A stretch of 64,000 bases of DNA, from assembly GCF_024636015.1 (NCBI RefSeq), contig NZ_JAGXHU010000023.1; one strand, given 5' to 3'. Below are positions 44,401 through 53,981 of the stretch, piece after piece. Both the position numbers and the translations under genes were made by a program. Under the pieces are notes generated by a model, which was not told the origin of the DNA, made no database searches, and saw only the letters and a program-made list of their open reading frames with translations. The DNA comes from Halothiobacillus sp. (GTDB lineage: Bacteria > Pseudomonadota > Gammaproteobacteria > Halothiobacillales > Halothiobacillaceae). The first letter of the stretch is position 1. Each line of letters begins with the position of its first letter.

Positions 44401-46209
44401 CTATTTACTCGAATCCATTTGCAAAACCGCCAGGAACGCCTCTTGCGGCACCTCGACCTGGCCGATTTGCTTCATGCGTTTCTTGCCTTTCTTCTGCTTG
44501 TCCAGCAGCTTTTTCTTACGGGAAATATCCCCGCCGTAACACTTGGCCAATACATTCTTACGCATAGCCTTGACGGTGGTGCGCGCAATAATCTTCGCAC
44601 CAATGGCCGCCTGTACCGCCACTTCGAACATTTGTTGCGGGATCAGTTCCTTCAATTTTTCGGAAAGGCTTCGTCCACGCGACTGAGCGATGCTGCGATG
44701 CACGATCAGAGACAGGGCATCGACGATCTCGCCATTGATGAGCATGTCCATCTTGACGAGGTCGGCCACCTGAAAACGAATGAATTTATAGTCGAACGAG
44801 GCATAGCCCCGGCTCACGGACTTGAGACGATCGAAGAAATCCAGCACGACCTCGCCGAGCGGCAACTCGAAGACCAGTGTGACCTGATTACCCACGTAAC
44901 TCAGATTTTTCTGCGCGCCACGCTTTTCAATACACAAACCAATCACCGCGCCGACAAATTCGTCGGGGCAGAAAATACTGGCTTCAATGATCGGCTCACG
45001 CAATTCCCGAATATGGGTCACGTTTGGCAACTGTGCCGGATTATGAATCTGGTAAACAGATCCGTCGGTTTCCTCGATCTCGTAGATGACGGTCGGCGCC
45101 GTGGAGATAAGATCGAGGTCATACTCCCGCTCCAGCCGCTCCTGCACAATTTCCATATGCAGCAACCCCAGGAAGCCACAGCGGAACCCGAACCCCAGTG
45201 CCTGTGACACTTCAGGTTCGAAATGCAGGGCCGCATCGTTCAGGCGCAGCTTGCGGAGCGCTTCTCGGAGGTCTTCGTAATCTTCGCCTTCGATGGGGTA
45301 GAGGCCGGAAAATACGCGTGGCTGCATTTCCTTGAATCCGGGCAGGGCCTGTGTCGCCCCGTTCTCGGCATCGGTGAGGGTATCGCCCACCTTGGCCGAA
45401 TCGATATCCTTAATACCAGCAATGACAAAGCCGACATCACCGGCATACAAGCCTTCGCGCGCAAGCGTCTTGGGGGTGAACACCCCGACCTTGTCGACCT
45501 GGAAAATATCGCCGGTACCCATCGCCTTGATCTTGCGCTTGGGCACAATGGCGCCGTCAATCACGCGCACCAGCGCGACCACGCCAACGTAATTATCAAA
45601 CCAGGAGTCAATGATGAGTGCCTTCAGCGGCCCATCCTCATTACCGACGGGCGCTGGGATCTGCTCGATCAGGCGCTCCAGCACGTCGCCCACACCCAGT
45701 CCCGTCTTGGCGGAGGTCAGGATGGCATCATGGGCATCGATCCCGATCACGTCCTCGATTTCGCCCTTGACCCGCTCGGGCTCCGCAGAGGGTAGATCGA
45801 TCTTGTTCAACACGGGCACCACAGTCAAGCCGAGGTCGATGGCGGTATAGCAATTGGCCACCGACTGCGCCTCGACGCCCTGTGAGGCATCCACCACCAG
45901 CAAGGCACCTTCACAGGCGGCCAGCGAGCGGGAAACCTCATAGGAGAAATCCACGTGACCCGGCGTATCAATGAAATTCAGGCGATAGGTTTTACCATTT
46001 TTCGCAGGATAATCCAGCGACACGCTTTGCGCCTTAATGGTAATCCCCCGTTCACGCTCGATATCCATCGAATCGAGCACCTGGACATCCATTTCGCGGT
46101 CGGTTAAACCACCGCAGAGTTGGATGATGCGATCGGACAGGGTCGATTTGCCATGATCAATATGGGCAATAATCGAAAAATTACGAATCAGCGAGAGCCG
46201 TTCGGACAT
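44401..46209 (-). CDS. lepA: Elongation factor 4 (LepA)
   Basis: The sequence [20 protein letters not shown] is followed by the translational GTPase domains and the LepA C-terminus; the protein is 602 aa. Confidence 0.97.
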   Translation of the reverse strand: MSERLSLIRNFSIIAHIDHGKSTLSDRIIQLCGGLTDREMDVQVLDSMDIERERGITIKAQSVSLDYPAKNGKTYRLNFIDTPGHVDFSYEVSRSLAACEGALLVVDASQGVEAQSVANCYTAIDLGLTVVPVLNKIDLPSAEPERVKGEIEDVIGIDAHDAILTSAKTGLGVGDVLERLIEQIPAPVGNEDGPLKALIIDSWFDNYVGVVALVRVIDGAIVPKRKIKAMGTGDIFQVDKVGVFTPKTLAREGLYAGDVGFVIAGIKDIDSAKVGDTLTDAENGATQALPGFKEMQPRVFSGLYPIEGEDYEDLREALRKLRLNDAALHFEPEVSQALGFGFRCGFLGLLHMEIVQERLEREYDLDLISTAPTVIYEIEETDGSVYQIHNPAQLPNVTHIRELREPIIEASIFCPDEFVGAVIGLCIEKRGAQKNLSYVGNQVTLVFELPLGEVVLDFFDRLKSVSRGYASFDYKFIRFQVADLVKMDMLINGEIVDALSLIVHRSIAQSRGRSLSEKLKELIPQQMFEVAVQAAIGAKIIARTTVKAMRKNVLAKCYGGDISRKKKLLDKQKKGKKRMKQIGQVEVPQEAFLAVLQMDSSK

Positions 46210-46374
46210 AAATCTACTCGGTTTCAGATCAGGATTTGCCCATAAGGCAATACTGGTACGGCAAAAAGAAAAATAACGCGTGGGTACTCGTCACTCAGCG
46301 GGCCATCGATACCAAGCACGCAGTAACACGAAGCCCGGCAGTATAACTGATTCCCCTCTCAAGGCGACGGAGCC

Positions 46375-47892
46375 TCAATCAGGTTGAGTGGACAGTGACA
46401 AAAAATGCTGCTGATCACCCCGACGGATCAGCACCGCGTTCGGCTCATCCTTTTTCGCTGTATTGAATGCTTGCTGTGCGGCCTCCAGAGAGTCGAGCGG
46501 GTGCTGATTGAAAGTCAACAGAATATCCTGGGCGCTCAGCCCGGCCTTGGCCGCCGGGCCATTGGGCTCCACAGCCTTGATCCGGATCTGATGGGATTCT
46601 TCGGTCAGCAGCAAACCATAATCGTTGATGATCAGGTCGTGGGACTTCATGGATTGAATTTGCGCCGGCGCGTGGCTCGGTAAGGTCCCGAGCCGCACCA
46701 CCACCGTATGCTGCTTGCCCTGGGTCAGCACACGCAGCTTGACTTCAGTATCGGGCGCCAGAATGCCAATAACCTGTGGCAGGTCACTAGATTCTGTAAT
46801 CGGCTCGCCATTGGCGGACAAAATGACATCGCCGGGCTGCAGGTCCGATTTCTCGGCCGGCGAGGCGGCCATGAATCCAGTAATCAATGCGCCGGTGGGA
46901 CGGTCCAGCCCCAGCGCTGATGCCATGGCACGGTCCACGGACTGGATCTGCACGCCGAGGAATCCACGCTCGACTTTGCCGAAACGCTTGAGCTGGTCAA
47001 CGACCTGCATGGCATAGTTGATCGGTATCGCAAATGACAGGCCGTTATAGCCGCCCGACTCCGTAAAAATCTGGGAATTAATGCCAACAACCTCGCCATT
47101 CACGTTGAACAGCGGCCCGCCAGAGCTACCCGGATTGATCGCGACATCCGTCTGCAGAAAAGGGACATACCGCTGACCGGCCTCGCCGGGCAACGAACGA
47201 CCCTTGGCACTGATCACCCCCGCCGTGACCGAATGGTCGAAACCAAAGGGGGAACCAATCGCCACAGCCCACTGCCCCGGCTTCACCTCATCGGAATTCC
47301 CCAGTTTAACGGGATGCAGGTCCTTGGCGTCAATCTTGAGCAAGGCGATATCCCCAGCCAGATCAGAACCCTGCACCTTGGCGCGGAATTCCCGGCCATC
47401 CAGCAGTCGAACGAACACCTCGCTGGCACCATCCACCACATGCTCATTGGTCAGGATGTAGCCATCCGAACTCAAAATGAAGCCGGAGCCACTGCTGGAC
47501 TCCGGTTTGGCCGGCGGCGCGGCGTTAGGCGCATCACCCGATGGAGGTGTTTGGCCATTAAAACCGAAGAACTGCCGGAAAAACTCGTCGAGGTGTTTAT
47601 CGTTGGCTGAAGGTGTTTTGACACCGTCGCCATTATCGGAAATCGCGGACAGGGGCACGATGGCGCGCACATTGACGACCGAATCATCATTTGCCGCCAC
47701 CAACCCGGAGAAATCGGGCAAGCCGTGCACCTGTGCGGTGGAGGCCTGATCATTACATCCCGTCAGAAGGGTGGTCATGACCAAGGCCATCAAGAAGGCC
47801 GCCACAATCATCCAGCTTGCTTGCCGCATGCGCACAGCGGGACGCAGAATAATTTGGGGAAACACAAGCGAATTAGGCATCAAGCGGGTCAC
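46375..47892 (-). CDS. DegP/MucD-type periplasmic serine endoprotease with two PDZ domains
   Basis: The His/Asp/Ser triad context is present (TNEHVV; DIALLKI; GSSGGPLF), followed by two PDZ-like regions. It follows rseC, as in the Pseudomonas algU-mucABCD arrangement. The probable true start is the ATG at 47829 (MRQASWMIVAAFLMALVMTTLLTGC). Confidence 0.9.
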   Translation of the reverse strand: MTRLMPNSLVFPQIILRPAVRMRQASWMIVAAFLMALVMTTLLTGCNDQASTAQVHGLPDFSGLVAANDDSVVNVRAIVPLSAISDNGDGVKTPSANDKHLDEFFRQFFGFNGQTPPSGDAPNAAPPAKPESSSGSGFILSSDGYILTNEHVVDGASEVFVRLLDGREFRAKVQGSDLAGDIALLKIDAKDLHPVKLGNSDEVKPGQWAVAIGSPFGFDHSVTAGVISAKGRSLPGEAGQRYVPFLQTDVAINPGSSGGPLFNVNGEVVGINSQIFTESGGYNGLSFAIPINYAMQVVDQLKRFGKVERGFLGVQIQSVDRAMASALGLDRPTGALITGFMAASPAEKSDLQPGDVILSANGEPITESSDLPQVIGILAPDTEVKLRVLTQGKQHTVVVRLGTLPSHAPAQIQSMKSHDLIINDYGLLLTEESHQIRIKAVEPNGPAAKAGLSAQDILLTFNQHPLDSLEAAQQAFNTAKKDEPNAVLIRRGDQQHFLSLSTQPD

Positions 47893-47991
47893 GTCCTAGA
47901 AGGAAAATTATCGACAGTACGCGACAAGTTTACAGCAAAAAAGAGGGAATTAAGCCGGAACGAGTCGCCCTGCGACCAGACGCGCAACGAC

Positions 47992-48564
47992 TCAGCTTGC
48001 AGAATGAAACAGAACTTGCTCGACACGGGGTGCGAAGCGCCCACGGCGCAGCGTCGTCGACTGTAGGCGGGCAATGAACAGCAACGAAAGGATGAACCCC
48101 ATGACCCCACCCAGGATGGCGAAAACGTTCGCACCAAACACGGTTTGACCAATCACGGCGCCGACAACCAACGCAATCAAGGGGAACAGATACATGAGCA
48201 GGGCAGCTTCAATTAGGGCCGATGCTGGCAGAACCAGCTGAACCTGATCACCGATGCGCAACGGTAGATCACTATGCGCCGTCACTTGATGATGATGACG
48301 CCCGAAAACATCTTGCAAGACACTGATACCGCAACCCTTCTGCGACGAACAGGACGAGCAACCACTTGCCCGGCTGGTTTCGACCATCACGCCACCCTTA
48401 AAGAGCCCCACCACTTCGCCCATCTCCCGAATCACATCCACCGATTCTGACGTATCCATTAGTCCATCCGCCGCCTCAAGGCGCTGTTCGGCATAAGTCA
48501 CGGAACCAGGCACCGGGTGTTCGAGGGTGGATTCCGGATGATGAGTCGAATGTTTCATGGTCAC
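47992..48564 (-). CDS. rseC: RseC/MucC-family protein
   Basis: A Cys-rich segment (SGCSSCSSQKGCG) is followed by two C-terminal transmembrane helices. It lies directly after rseB. Confidence 0.75.
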   Translation of the reverse strand: MTMKHSTHHPESTLEHPVPGSVTYAEQRLEAADGLMDTSESVDVIREMGEVVGLFKGGVMVETSRASGCSSCSSQKGCGISVLQDVFGRHHHQVTAHSDLPLRIGDQVQLVLPASALIEAALLMYLFPLIALVVGAVIGQTVFGANVFAILGGVMGFILSLLFIARLQSTTLRRGRFAPRVEQVLFHSAS

Positions 48565-49716
48565 CTACTTGCGCGCCTCGTTGCCGGGCACATGCAATGG
48601 ATTTTGCTCCGACTCCTGCCCGGCAGATGTCTTGGCGGGCACCGTGTGCAGGCATATCTGCTTGATCGCCGCCATCGGCAGATCGCCGATCACCGTAATC
48701 CGCATCGGCCCGGCTTGCCGAACATAGATATTCATACCGTATTTGGCCGCATCCGGGTCCAACCCCTGATTTTCGGGTAAATCTTCGACAAAAACCGATG
48801 CGGCGGAAAGCCCGTCGGTTACGATCATGTGCTCGAAACGATGATGGGTCACAGGGTTTTCACGCCAGACGCGACTCTTGATGTGATACCCCGGCAAATC
48901 TGGCGAGACGATCCAACCTTCGTTGACAGCCAAGGGTTCCGGCGGGGCGGAATGGCGATCTTCGACCACCTTGAATCCGGGCGGCACCGTTTTGGGTGTT
49001 CCCAGCGGGATCGGATCCGAGGCTAATTGCCCGTTATCTGCGGGGTGTTCGGATTCTGCAATCTGCGTGAAAAAATCATGCTCGATCGGCAACCCGTCCT
49101 CATTATAGATACTCATACGCAGCAGAAGATGAGCGGAATCGCCGACACACAGCTTGTAGCCGTAACGCAAAGCATCACGCGGCACCAGGCCGATCAGATG
49201 ACAAGCCCGACCCGCAACGCGGGAAACCCCCAAACCGACGATCCGGTAGTTGGCCGCCAGCAGGTCGGGGTGGGCAAACCGCTCACCCGACAAACGGGAC
49301 CGCACGCTGGGAAAGTCGCCAAACACGACCTCCTTTCGCGCTGGCCACTGACATTCGCAGTGCGCGCCATGCCGTACGATCTCCCGCGGTTCACCGTTCA
49401 GCGTGATCAATCGCTCCTGCGAACCGCTCTCCGTCACGAGATGCTCAATACGCGTAGTGTCGATCTGGTCACCCCGTACATGCACATACGTACCGACATA
49501 ATTGCCCTGGCGCATCGACTCGGTCATGGCCGCCAGCCGAGCGAGGGCATCTGGCTCGGACGCGGCTGCATCGGCCACAGGCCCATCTGCAATCATGCGC
49601 AAGTACTCAGCCTGAAAGCCATCAGCGCCCTGCGCACATGCGGCCTGGCCGCCAGCGCCCGCTGCGATCACCACAGCGAACATCACACCACGTCCAAGAT
49701 TCCCGCGCACCATCAA
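48565..49716 (-). CDS. rseB: Sigma-E regulatory protein RseB/MucB
   Basis: It is a periplasmic (signal peptide) protein of the MucB/RseB type (YVGTYVHVRGDQIDTTRIEH...). Its position between rseA and rseC fits. Confidence 0.8.
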   Translation of the reverse strand: MMVRGNLGRGVMFAVVIAAGAGGQAACAQGADGFQAEYLRMIADGPVADAAASEPDALARLAAMTESMRQGNYVGTYVHVRGDQIDTTRIEHLVTESGSQERLITLNGEPREIVRHGAHCECQWPARKEVVFGDFPSVRSRLSGERFAHPDLLAANYRIVGLGVSRVAGRACHLIGLVPRDALRYGYKLCVGDSAHLLLRMSIYNEDGLPIEHDFFTQIAESEHPADNGQLASDPIPLGTPKTVPPGFKVVEDRHSAPPEPLAVNEGWIVSPDLPGYHIKSRVWRENPVTHHRFEHMIVTDGLSAASVFVEDLPENQGLDPDAAKYGMNIYVRQAGPMRITVIGDLPMAAIKQICLHTVPAKTSAGQESEQNPLHVPGNEARK

Positions 49717-50400
49717 TTACTCCGGGTGAAAGCTAATCATGCGCAGTGAGGGCATCACTTCAGACAAATCCGGCGAAGCCGACTCGAAGTGCGTCATCAG
49801 ATAAGGGTTCATTGGCGCCTTACGTCCGGAAGACTGAGCCCAAGCGGGCAAGCTGCCCCCAGGCCGCACCTGAAGGGCCACGGGCATCAGACCATTGGTC
49901 GGCGTCAACGACGGCGAGTTCGAGGCCGTATGCAGGACATTCGCGCCCGACAGGGCTTGCAGCGACTGGGCGTCGGTTCCGCCCGGTGGCATCATCCAGA
50001 CGCCAATTCCCACCAGCGCAGCCACGAACGATGCCGCGATGCCGCCCCGCCACGCATTGATTGACCTTCGCACCCGCGATTGCGGGAAAGCCAGCATCTT
50101 GGGCGATCGGGTAGCATGCGCCAGATCATCGGCTTCAAAGGAATCCTGCGCCAAACGCGCAGAAACCAGCAGTGAAATATCCCGAATATCCAGCGGTTCG
50201 CGGCGCAAGGTTGCACCGATCAGAGAGTAGCTGAGCAAGCTCTGCCGGGCATCGCCGGTGGCTATCGCCAGGAAGCGATCGACACACGGCATGGGCTGAT
50301 GAGCACATTCATCATCCCACCATGCCGACAGGGCCTCTTCAGCCGACATCGACGGTACTGGATGGGCATTTTGTTGATGTTGCGTTGTCATTCGATTCAT
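49717..50400 (-). CDS. rseA: Anti-sigma-E factor RseA/MucA-like
   Basis: It has the N-terminal anti-sigma motif (EALSAWWDDEC...SYSLIGATLR), a central transmembrane segment (IAASFVAALVGIGVWMM) and a periplasmic tail. It lies immediately downstream of rpoE. The start is uncertain; the ORF is open to a TTG at 50430. Confidence 0.75.
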   Translation of the reverse strand: MNRMTTQHQQNAHPVPSMSAEEALSAWWDDECAHQPMPCVDRFLAIATGDARQSLLSYSLIGATLRREPLDIRDISLLVSARLAQDSFEADDLAHATRSPKMLAFPQSRVRRSINAWRGGIAASFVAALVGIGVWMMPPGGTDAQSLQALSGANVLHTASNSPSLTPTNGLMPVALQVRPGGSLPAWAQSSGRKAPMNPYLMTHFESASPDLSEVMPSLRMISFHPE

Positions 50401-50461
50401 CCCCCAAGATTCACAGCGGGTTCCAAACAAGTCATTAACCGAGGCGAGTCAGGCACATTTA

Positions 50462-51052
50462 TTAATCATTGAGTAGCGGTCGAATCCGTTCCTCTACTGC
50501 CTCACGAGCGCGGAAAATACGCGACCGCACGGTTCCGATCGGGCAGTTCATCACCACCGCGATCTCCTCATAGCTCAATCCTTCCATTTCCCGCAAGGTG
50601 AGTGCCGTGCGCAAATCTTCCGGTAGTGCGGTAATTGCCACGCGGATCTCGGCCGCCAACTCGTTCGAAGCGGCGATATCCTCAGGGCTGGCGTAATCAC
50701 GCAACGCCTCGGGCTCTGGTAGTGCTTCGTCTGACTCGTCTCCGCCGCCAGAGTTCAGTGAAACCGAATAACCTTCACGCGCATGCGCGGCCAACTGATT
50801 TTTAGCCGTGTTGACAGCAATTCGGTATAGCCAGGTATAAAAGGCACTTTCGCCCCGGAAATTGCCCAGAGCGCGGTACGCCTTGATGAACGCCTCCTGG
50901 GCGAGATCGAAGGCTTGATCGGGGTCGCGCACGAATCGCCCAACCAGCCGCAACACCCGATGCTGATATTTCAACACCAGCAGGTCGAACGCACGCCGGT
51001 CGCCCTGCTGGGCGCGGAGTACCAGTTCCTGGTCAGTCGGTTCAGTGGCCAT
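50462..51052 (-). CDS. rpoE: ECF sigma factor RpoE (sigma-24/AlgU)
   Basis: The sequence TDQELVLRAQQGDRRAFDLLVLKYQHRV..., regions 2 and 4, and ...EGLSYEEIAVVMNCPIGTVRSRIFRAREA are present. Confidence 0.95.
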   Translation of the reverse strand: MATEPTDQELVLRAQQGDRRAFDLLVLKYQHRVLRLVGRFVRDPDQAFDLAQEAFIKAYRALGNFRGESAFYTWLYRIAVNTAKNQLAAHAREGYSVSLNSGGGDESDEALPEPEALRDYASPEDIAASNELAAEIRVAITALPEDLRTALTLREMEGLSYEEIAVVMNCPIGTVRSRIFRAREAVEERIRPLLND

Positions 51053-51414
51053 AAAGCCTCATGCTCATCAACCCGCACATTTTGGTTATTGTGGAATCCC
51101 TTGTGTCGACACACTGCATCAACCAGAACCATCCCGAAAAAACGATTCATTCAAAGGCCAAGTGTCAGCCAGCGGCCGCACCCAACCAACGAAACGCGCA
51201 CTAGTATAGCCCGATCACGCCCCCGCGATCGACAACTCGGCCGAATGGACGCCAATCCTTGCCCCGATTCGCGCGCGAAGTCTTCGACGAGCGCCTGTCA
51301 CCCGGGTTGCCCCGCCGAACGGGCTGTGATTAAGTGACAAGGTCATCGGACTGCGCGCGCCGACATTCTGATCGCAGAATATCGCCCCGTTGTCTGCCCC
51401 AACCGAGGATCTGT

Positions 51415-52572
51415 ATGCCGTCGATCTGGACCCACTACATCCAGGATGCCACGCAATTGCGGCGCGCCCTGCATCGCGCACCGGAGCTCACCTGGCAGGA
51501 ACACGCCACGGCACAGACCATCCGTACCGAGCTCCAGACCCATGGCATCCCGTGGCGGATTTGCGCGGGAACCGGCACCGTCGCCACCCTCGCGCCCTCG
51601 GCTCCGGGACGACATATTGCCCTGCGCGGTGATATCGATGCGCTGCCGATTAACGAACAAACGGGTGCCGAATGGGCCTCCCAGACACCCGGCGTCATGC
51701 ACGCCTGCGGACATGACGGCCACACCGCGACCCTGATGGCCGTAGCTCGTTGGCTCAAAACCCATGAAGGCGACTTGCCCGGCCCGGTCAGCCTGTTGTT
51801 TCAACCCGCCGAAGAGGGTGGGCACGGTGCACGGGCGATGATCGAAGATGGCGCCCTCGACGGCGTGGACTGGATCTTCGGCTGGCACAATTGGCCCGCC
51901 ATTCCCTTCGGTCAGGCCGTCTGCCCGGACGGCCCGCTCATGGCCGCCAATGCGATCTTCGAAATCGAACTGACCGGACGAGGGGGACACGCCAGCCAGC
52001 CTGAACTCTGTCGCGATCCCGTCCTGGCCGCTGCGGCCATCACCCTGAATCTGCAACAGATCGTCGCCCGCCGCCTCCCCCCTCAAACGGCCGCCGTCGT
52101 CAGCGTCACCTCAATCGATGCGCCAAGCGGTATCACCGTGATTCCGGAATCCGCCCGTCTGGCCGGCAGCGTTCGCATTGGCGACACCCAGACCCGCGCC
52201 CTCATCGGTCGGCTGATCGAAGACATTACCGAGTCGACGGCACGCAGTTATGGGGTTGAGGCAAAGATCACATTCACCCCCCGCTATCAGGCGACCGTCA
52301 ATCATCCGGAACCCGCCTTGCACTATAGAGGTGCGCTCACATCCGTCCTCGGTGCCGATTGGTGCGCGTCTGAATTACCAGTACCGATCATGGCTTCAGA
52401 GGATTTCAGCTATTACCTGGAGGCGATCCCAGGGGCCTTTGCACTGATTGGGGCCAACGATGGCACGGATCACCATGAACCTTGCCACAGTCCACTTTAT
52501 GACTTCAACGACCAGCTGATCGACCCAGTTGGCCGAGTTCTTGCTTCGCTTATTGGTGTATCACCACCCTAA
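51415..52572 (+). CDS. M20D-family amidohydrolase (aminoacylase/hippurate hydrolase type)
   Basis: The motifs LRRALHRAPELTWQEH, LRGDIDALP, MHACGHDGH, FQPAEEG and GRGGHAS are present. I set the start at the ATG at 51415. Confidence 0.85.
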   Translation: MPSIWTHYIQDATQLRRALHRAPELTWQEHATAQTIRTELQTHGIPWRICAGTGTVATLAPSAPGRHIALRGDIDALPINEQTGAEWASQTPGVMHACGHDGHTATLMAVARWLKTHEGDLPGPVSLLFQPAEEGGHGARAMIEDGALDGVDWIFGWHNWPAIPFGQAVCPDGPLMAANAIFEIELTGRGGHASQPELCRDPVLAAAAITLNLQQIVARRLPPQTAAVVSVTSIDAPSGITVIPESARLAGSVRIGDTQTRALIGRLIEDITESTARSYGVEAKITFTPRYQATVNHPEPALHYRGALTSVLGADWCASELPVPIMASEDFSYYLEAIPGAFALIGANDGTDHHEPCHSPLYDFNDQLIDPVGRVLASLIGVSPP

Positions 52573-52706
52573 GGGCGAGGAAGACCCCTCAAGCCCCCTC
52601 ATTTTCGATAGGCAACCGCTCGACGACGGTTTGCTTGCGATCTCGTGGCCAGTACCGCTTTCTCCCGGTACCAGCCGACATTCACCCCCGCGTTCAGGAG
52701 AGCAGC

Positions 52707-53981
52707 ATGCAGATTTTTGAGGAATGGGAATCGGAAATTCGTGCCTATTGTCGGGCCGCCCCGACCGTATTCAAGACCGCGAGCAATGCCCGTCAGACCG
52801 ATGAGTCCGGTAAAACCTTTATCGATTTCTTCGCTGGCGCTGGTGTGCTCAACTTCGGGCACAACAATCCTAAGATGAAACAGGCGCTGATCGAATACAT
52901 CCAAAGTGATGGCGTGGCGCATAGCCTGGACATGTACACCACGGCCAAACGCACCTTTATTCAGAAATTCGTGGATACGATTCTTAAGCCCCGAGAGATG
53001 GATTACCGGTTGCAGTTCGTCGGGCCGACCGGCACCAATGCGGTAGAAGCCGCGCTCAAACTGGCGCGGCGCGTTACAGGTCGCGAGAATATCGTTGCCT
53101 TCCATCACGCCTTTCATGGCATGACACTGGGCGCCCTTGCCGCCACCACCAATGCCCATTTCCGCAATGCCGCCGGGGTACCGCTCAATCACGTCACCCA
53201 TCAGTCCTTCGGCTGCGAGACGCCCTGCCCCGGCTGCCAACTCGGCTGTGGCATGGGCTCGCTTGAGCGCATGCGCGCCTTATACAGCAACTCCTCCAGC
53301 GGGTTGCCCAAGCCCGCTGCTTTTCTGGTAGAAACCATCCAGGCCGAAGGCGGGGTGCGCGTGGCCAGCGCGGAATGGCTGAAAGGCGTTCAGGATCTCG
53401 CCCACGAGCTGGGTGCGCTCTTCATCGTCGATGACATCCAGGCGGGCTGCGGCCGCACCGGTCCCTACTTCAGCTTTGAGGGTATGGGGCTCGATCCGGA
53501 CATCATCACGCTAGCCAAAGGCATCGGTGGCTTCGGCACCCCGATGGCCATGAATCTCAACAAGCCCGAGCACGATAAGCACTGGGCGCCCGGGGAACAC
53601 ACCGGCACCTTCCGCGGCCAGGATCTATCCTTCGTCGCGGGAACTGTGGCCCTCGGTTACTTCGACGATCCGGCCTTTATGGCGGATACCCAGCGCAAGG
53701 GGAAAATCATTGCCCAGGCTTTGGAACAGATTGCCGCCAAATACCCGGGGTGCTCGGTACGAGGGCGCGGAATGATGCAGGCGATCGATTTCGGCGATGG
53801 CAACCGCTCGAAGGCCATCGCCACAGCCTGTTTTGAACGCGGCCTATTGGCTGCCGTCTGTGGATCACGCGGGCAAGTCATCAAACTGATCCCGCCGCTA
53901 ACCATTCCCGATGAAGATCTGAATGAAGGTCTGGCGCTGTTTGCCGAGGCCGTGGCCAGCCAAATGGAGACGAAATCATGA
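52707..53981 (+). CDS. Class-III PLP aminotransferase, diaminobutyrate--2-oxoglutarate transaminase (EctB/DoeD)-like
   Basis: By my recollection it is collinear with EctB: ...ESEIRAYCRAAPTVF, DFFAGAGVLNFGHNNP, GPTGTNAVEAALKLAR, VETIQAEGG, IVDDIQAGCGRTG and LIPPLTIPDEDL. AGGAG lies upstream of the ATG at 52707. Confidence 0.8.
   Translation: MQIFEEWESEIRAYCRAAPTVFKTASNARQTDESGKTFIDFFAGAGVLNFGHNNPKMKQALIEYIQSDGVAHSLDMYTTAKRTFIQKFVDTILKPREMDYRLQFVGPTGTNAVEAALKLARRVTGRENIVAFHHAFHGMTLGALAATTNAHFRNAAGVPLNHVTHQSFGCETPCPGCQLGCGMGSLERMRALYSNSSSGLPKPAAFLVETIQAEGGVRVASAEWLKGVQDLAHELGALFIVDDIQAGCGRTGPYFSFEGMGLDPDIITLAKGIGGFGTPMAMNLNKPEHDKHWAPGEHTGTFRGQDLSFVAGTVALGYFDDPAFMADTQRKGKIIAQALEQIAAKYPGCSVRGRGMMQAIDFGDGNRSKAIATACFERGLLAAVCGSRGQVIKLIPPLTIPDEDLNEGLALFAEAVASQMETKS

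Noticed and set aside
51053-51414. Sigma-E autoregulatory promoter upstream of rpoE
   Set aside because: I looked on the minus strand for GGAACTT-N16-TCNAA and found no acceptable match, so no promoter is called here.
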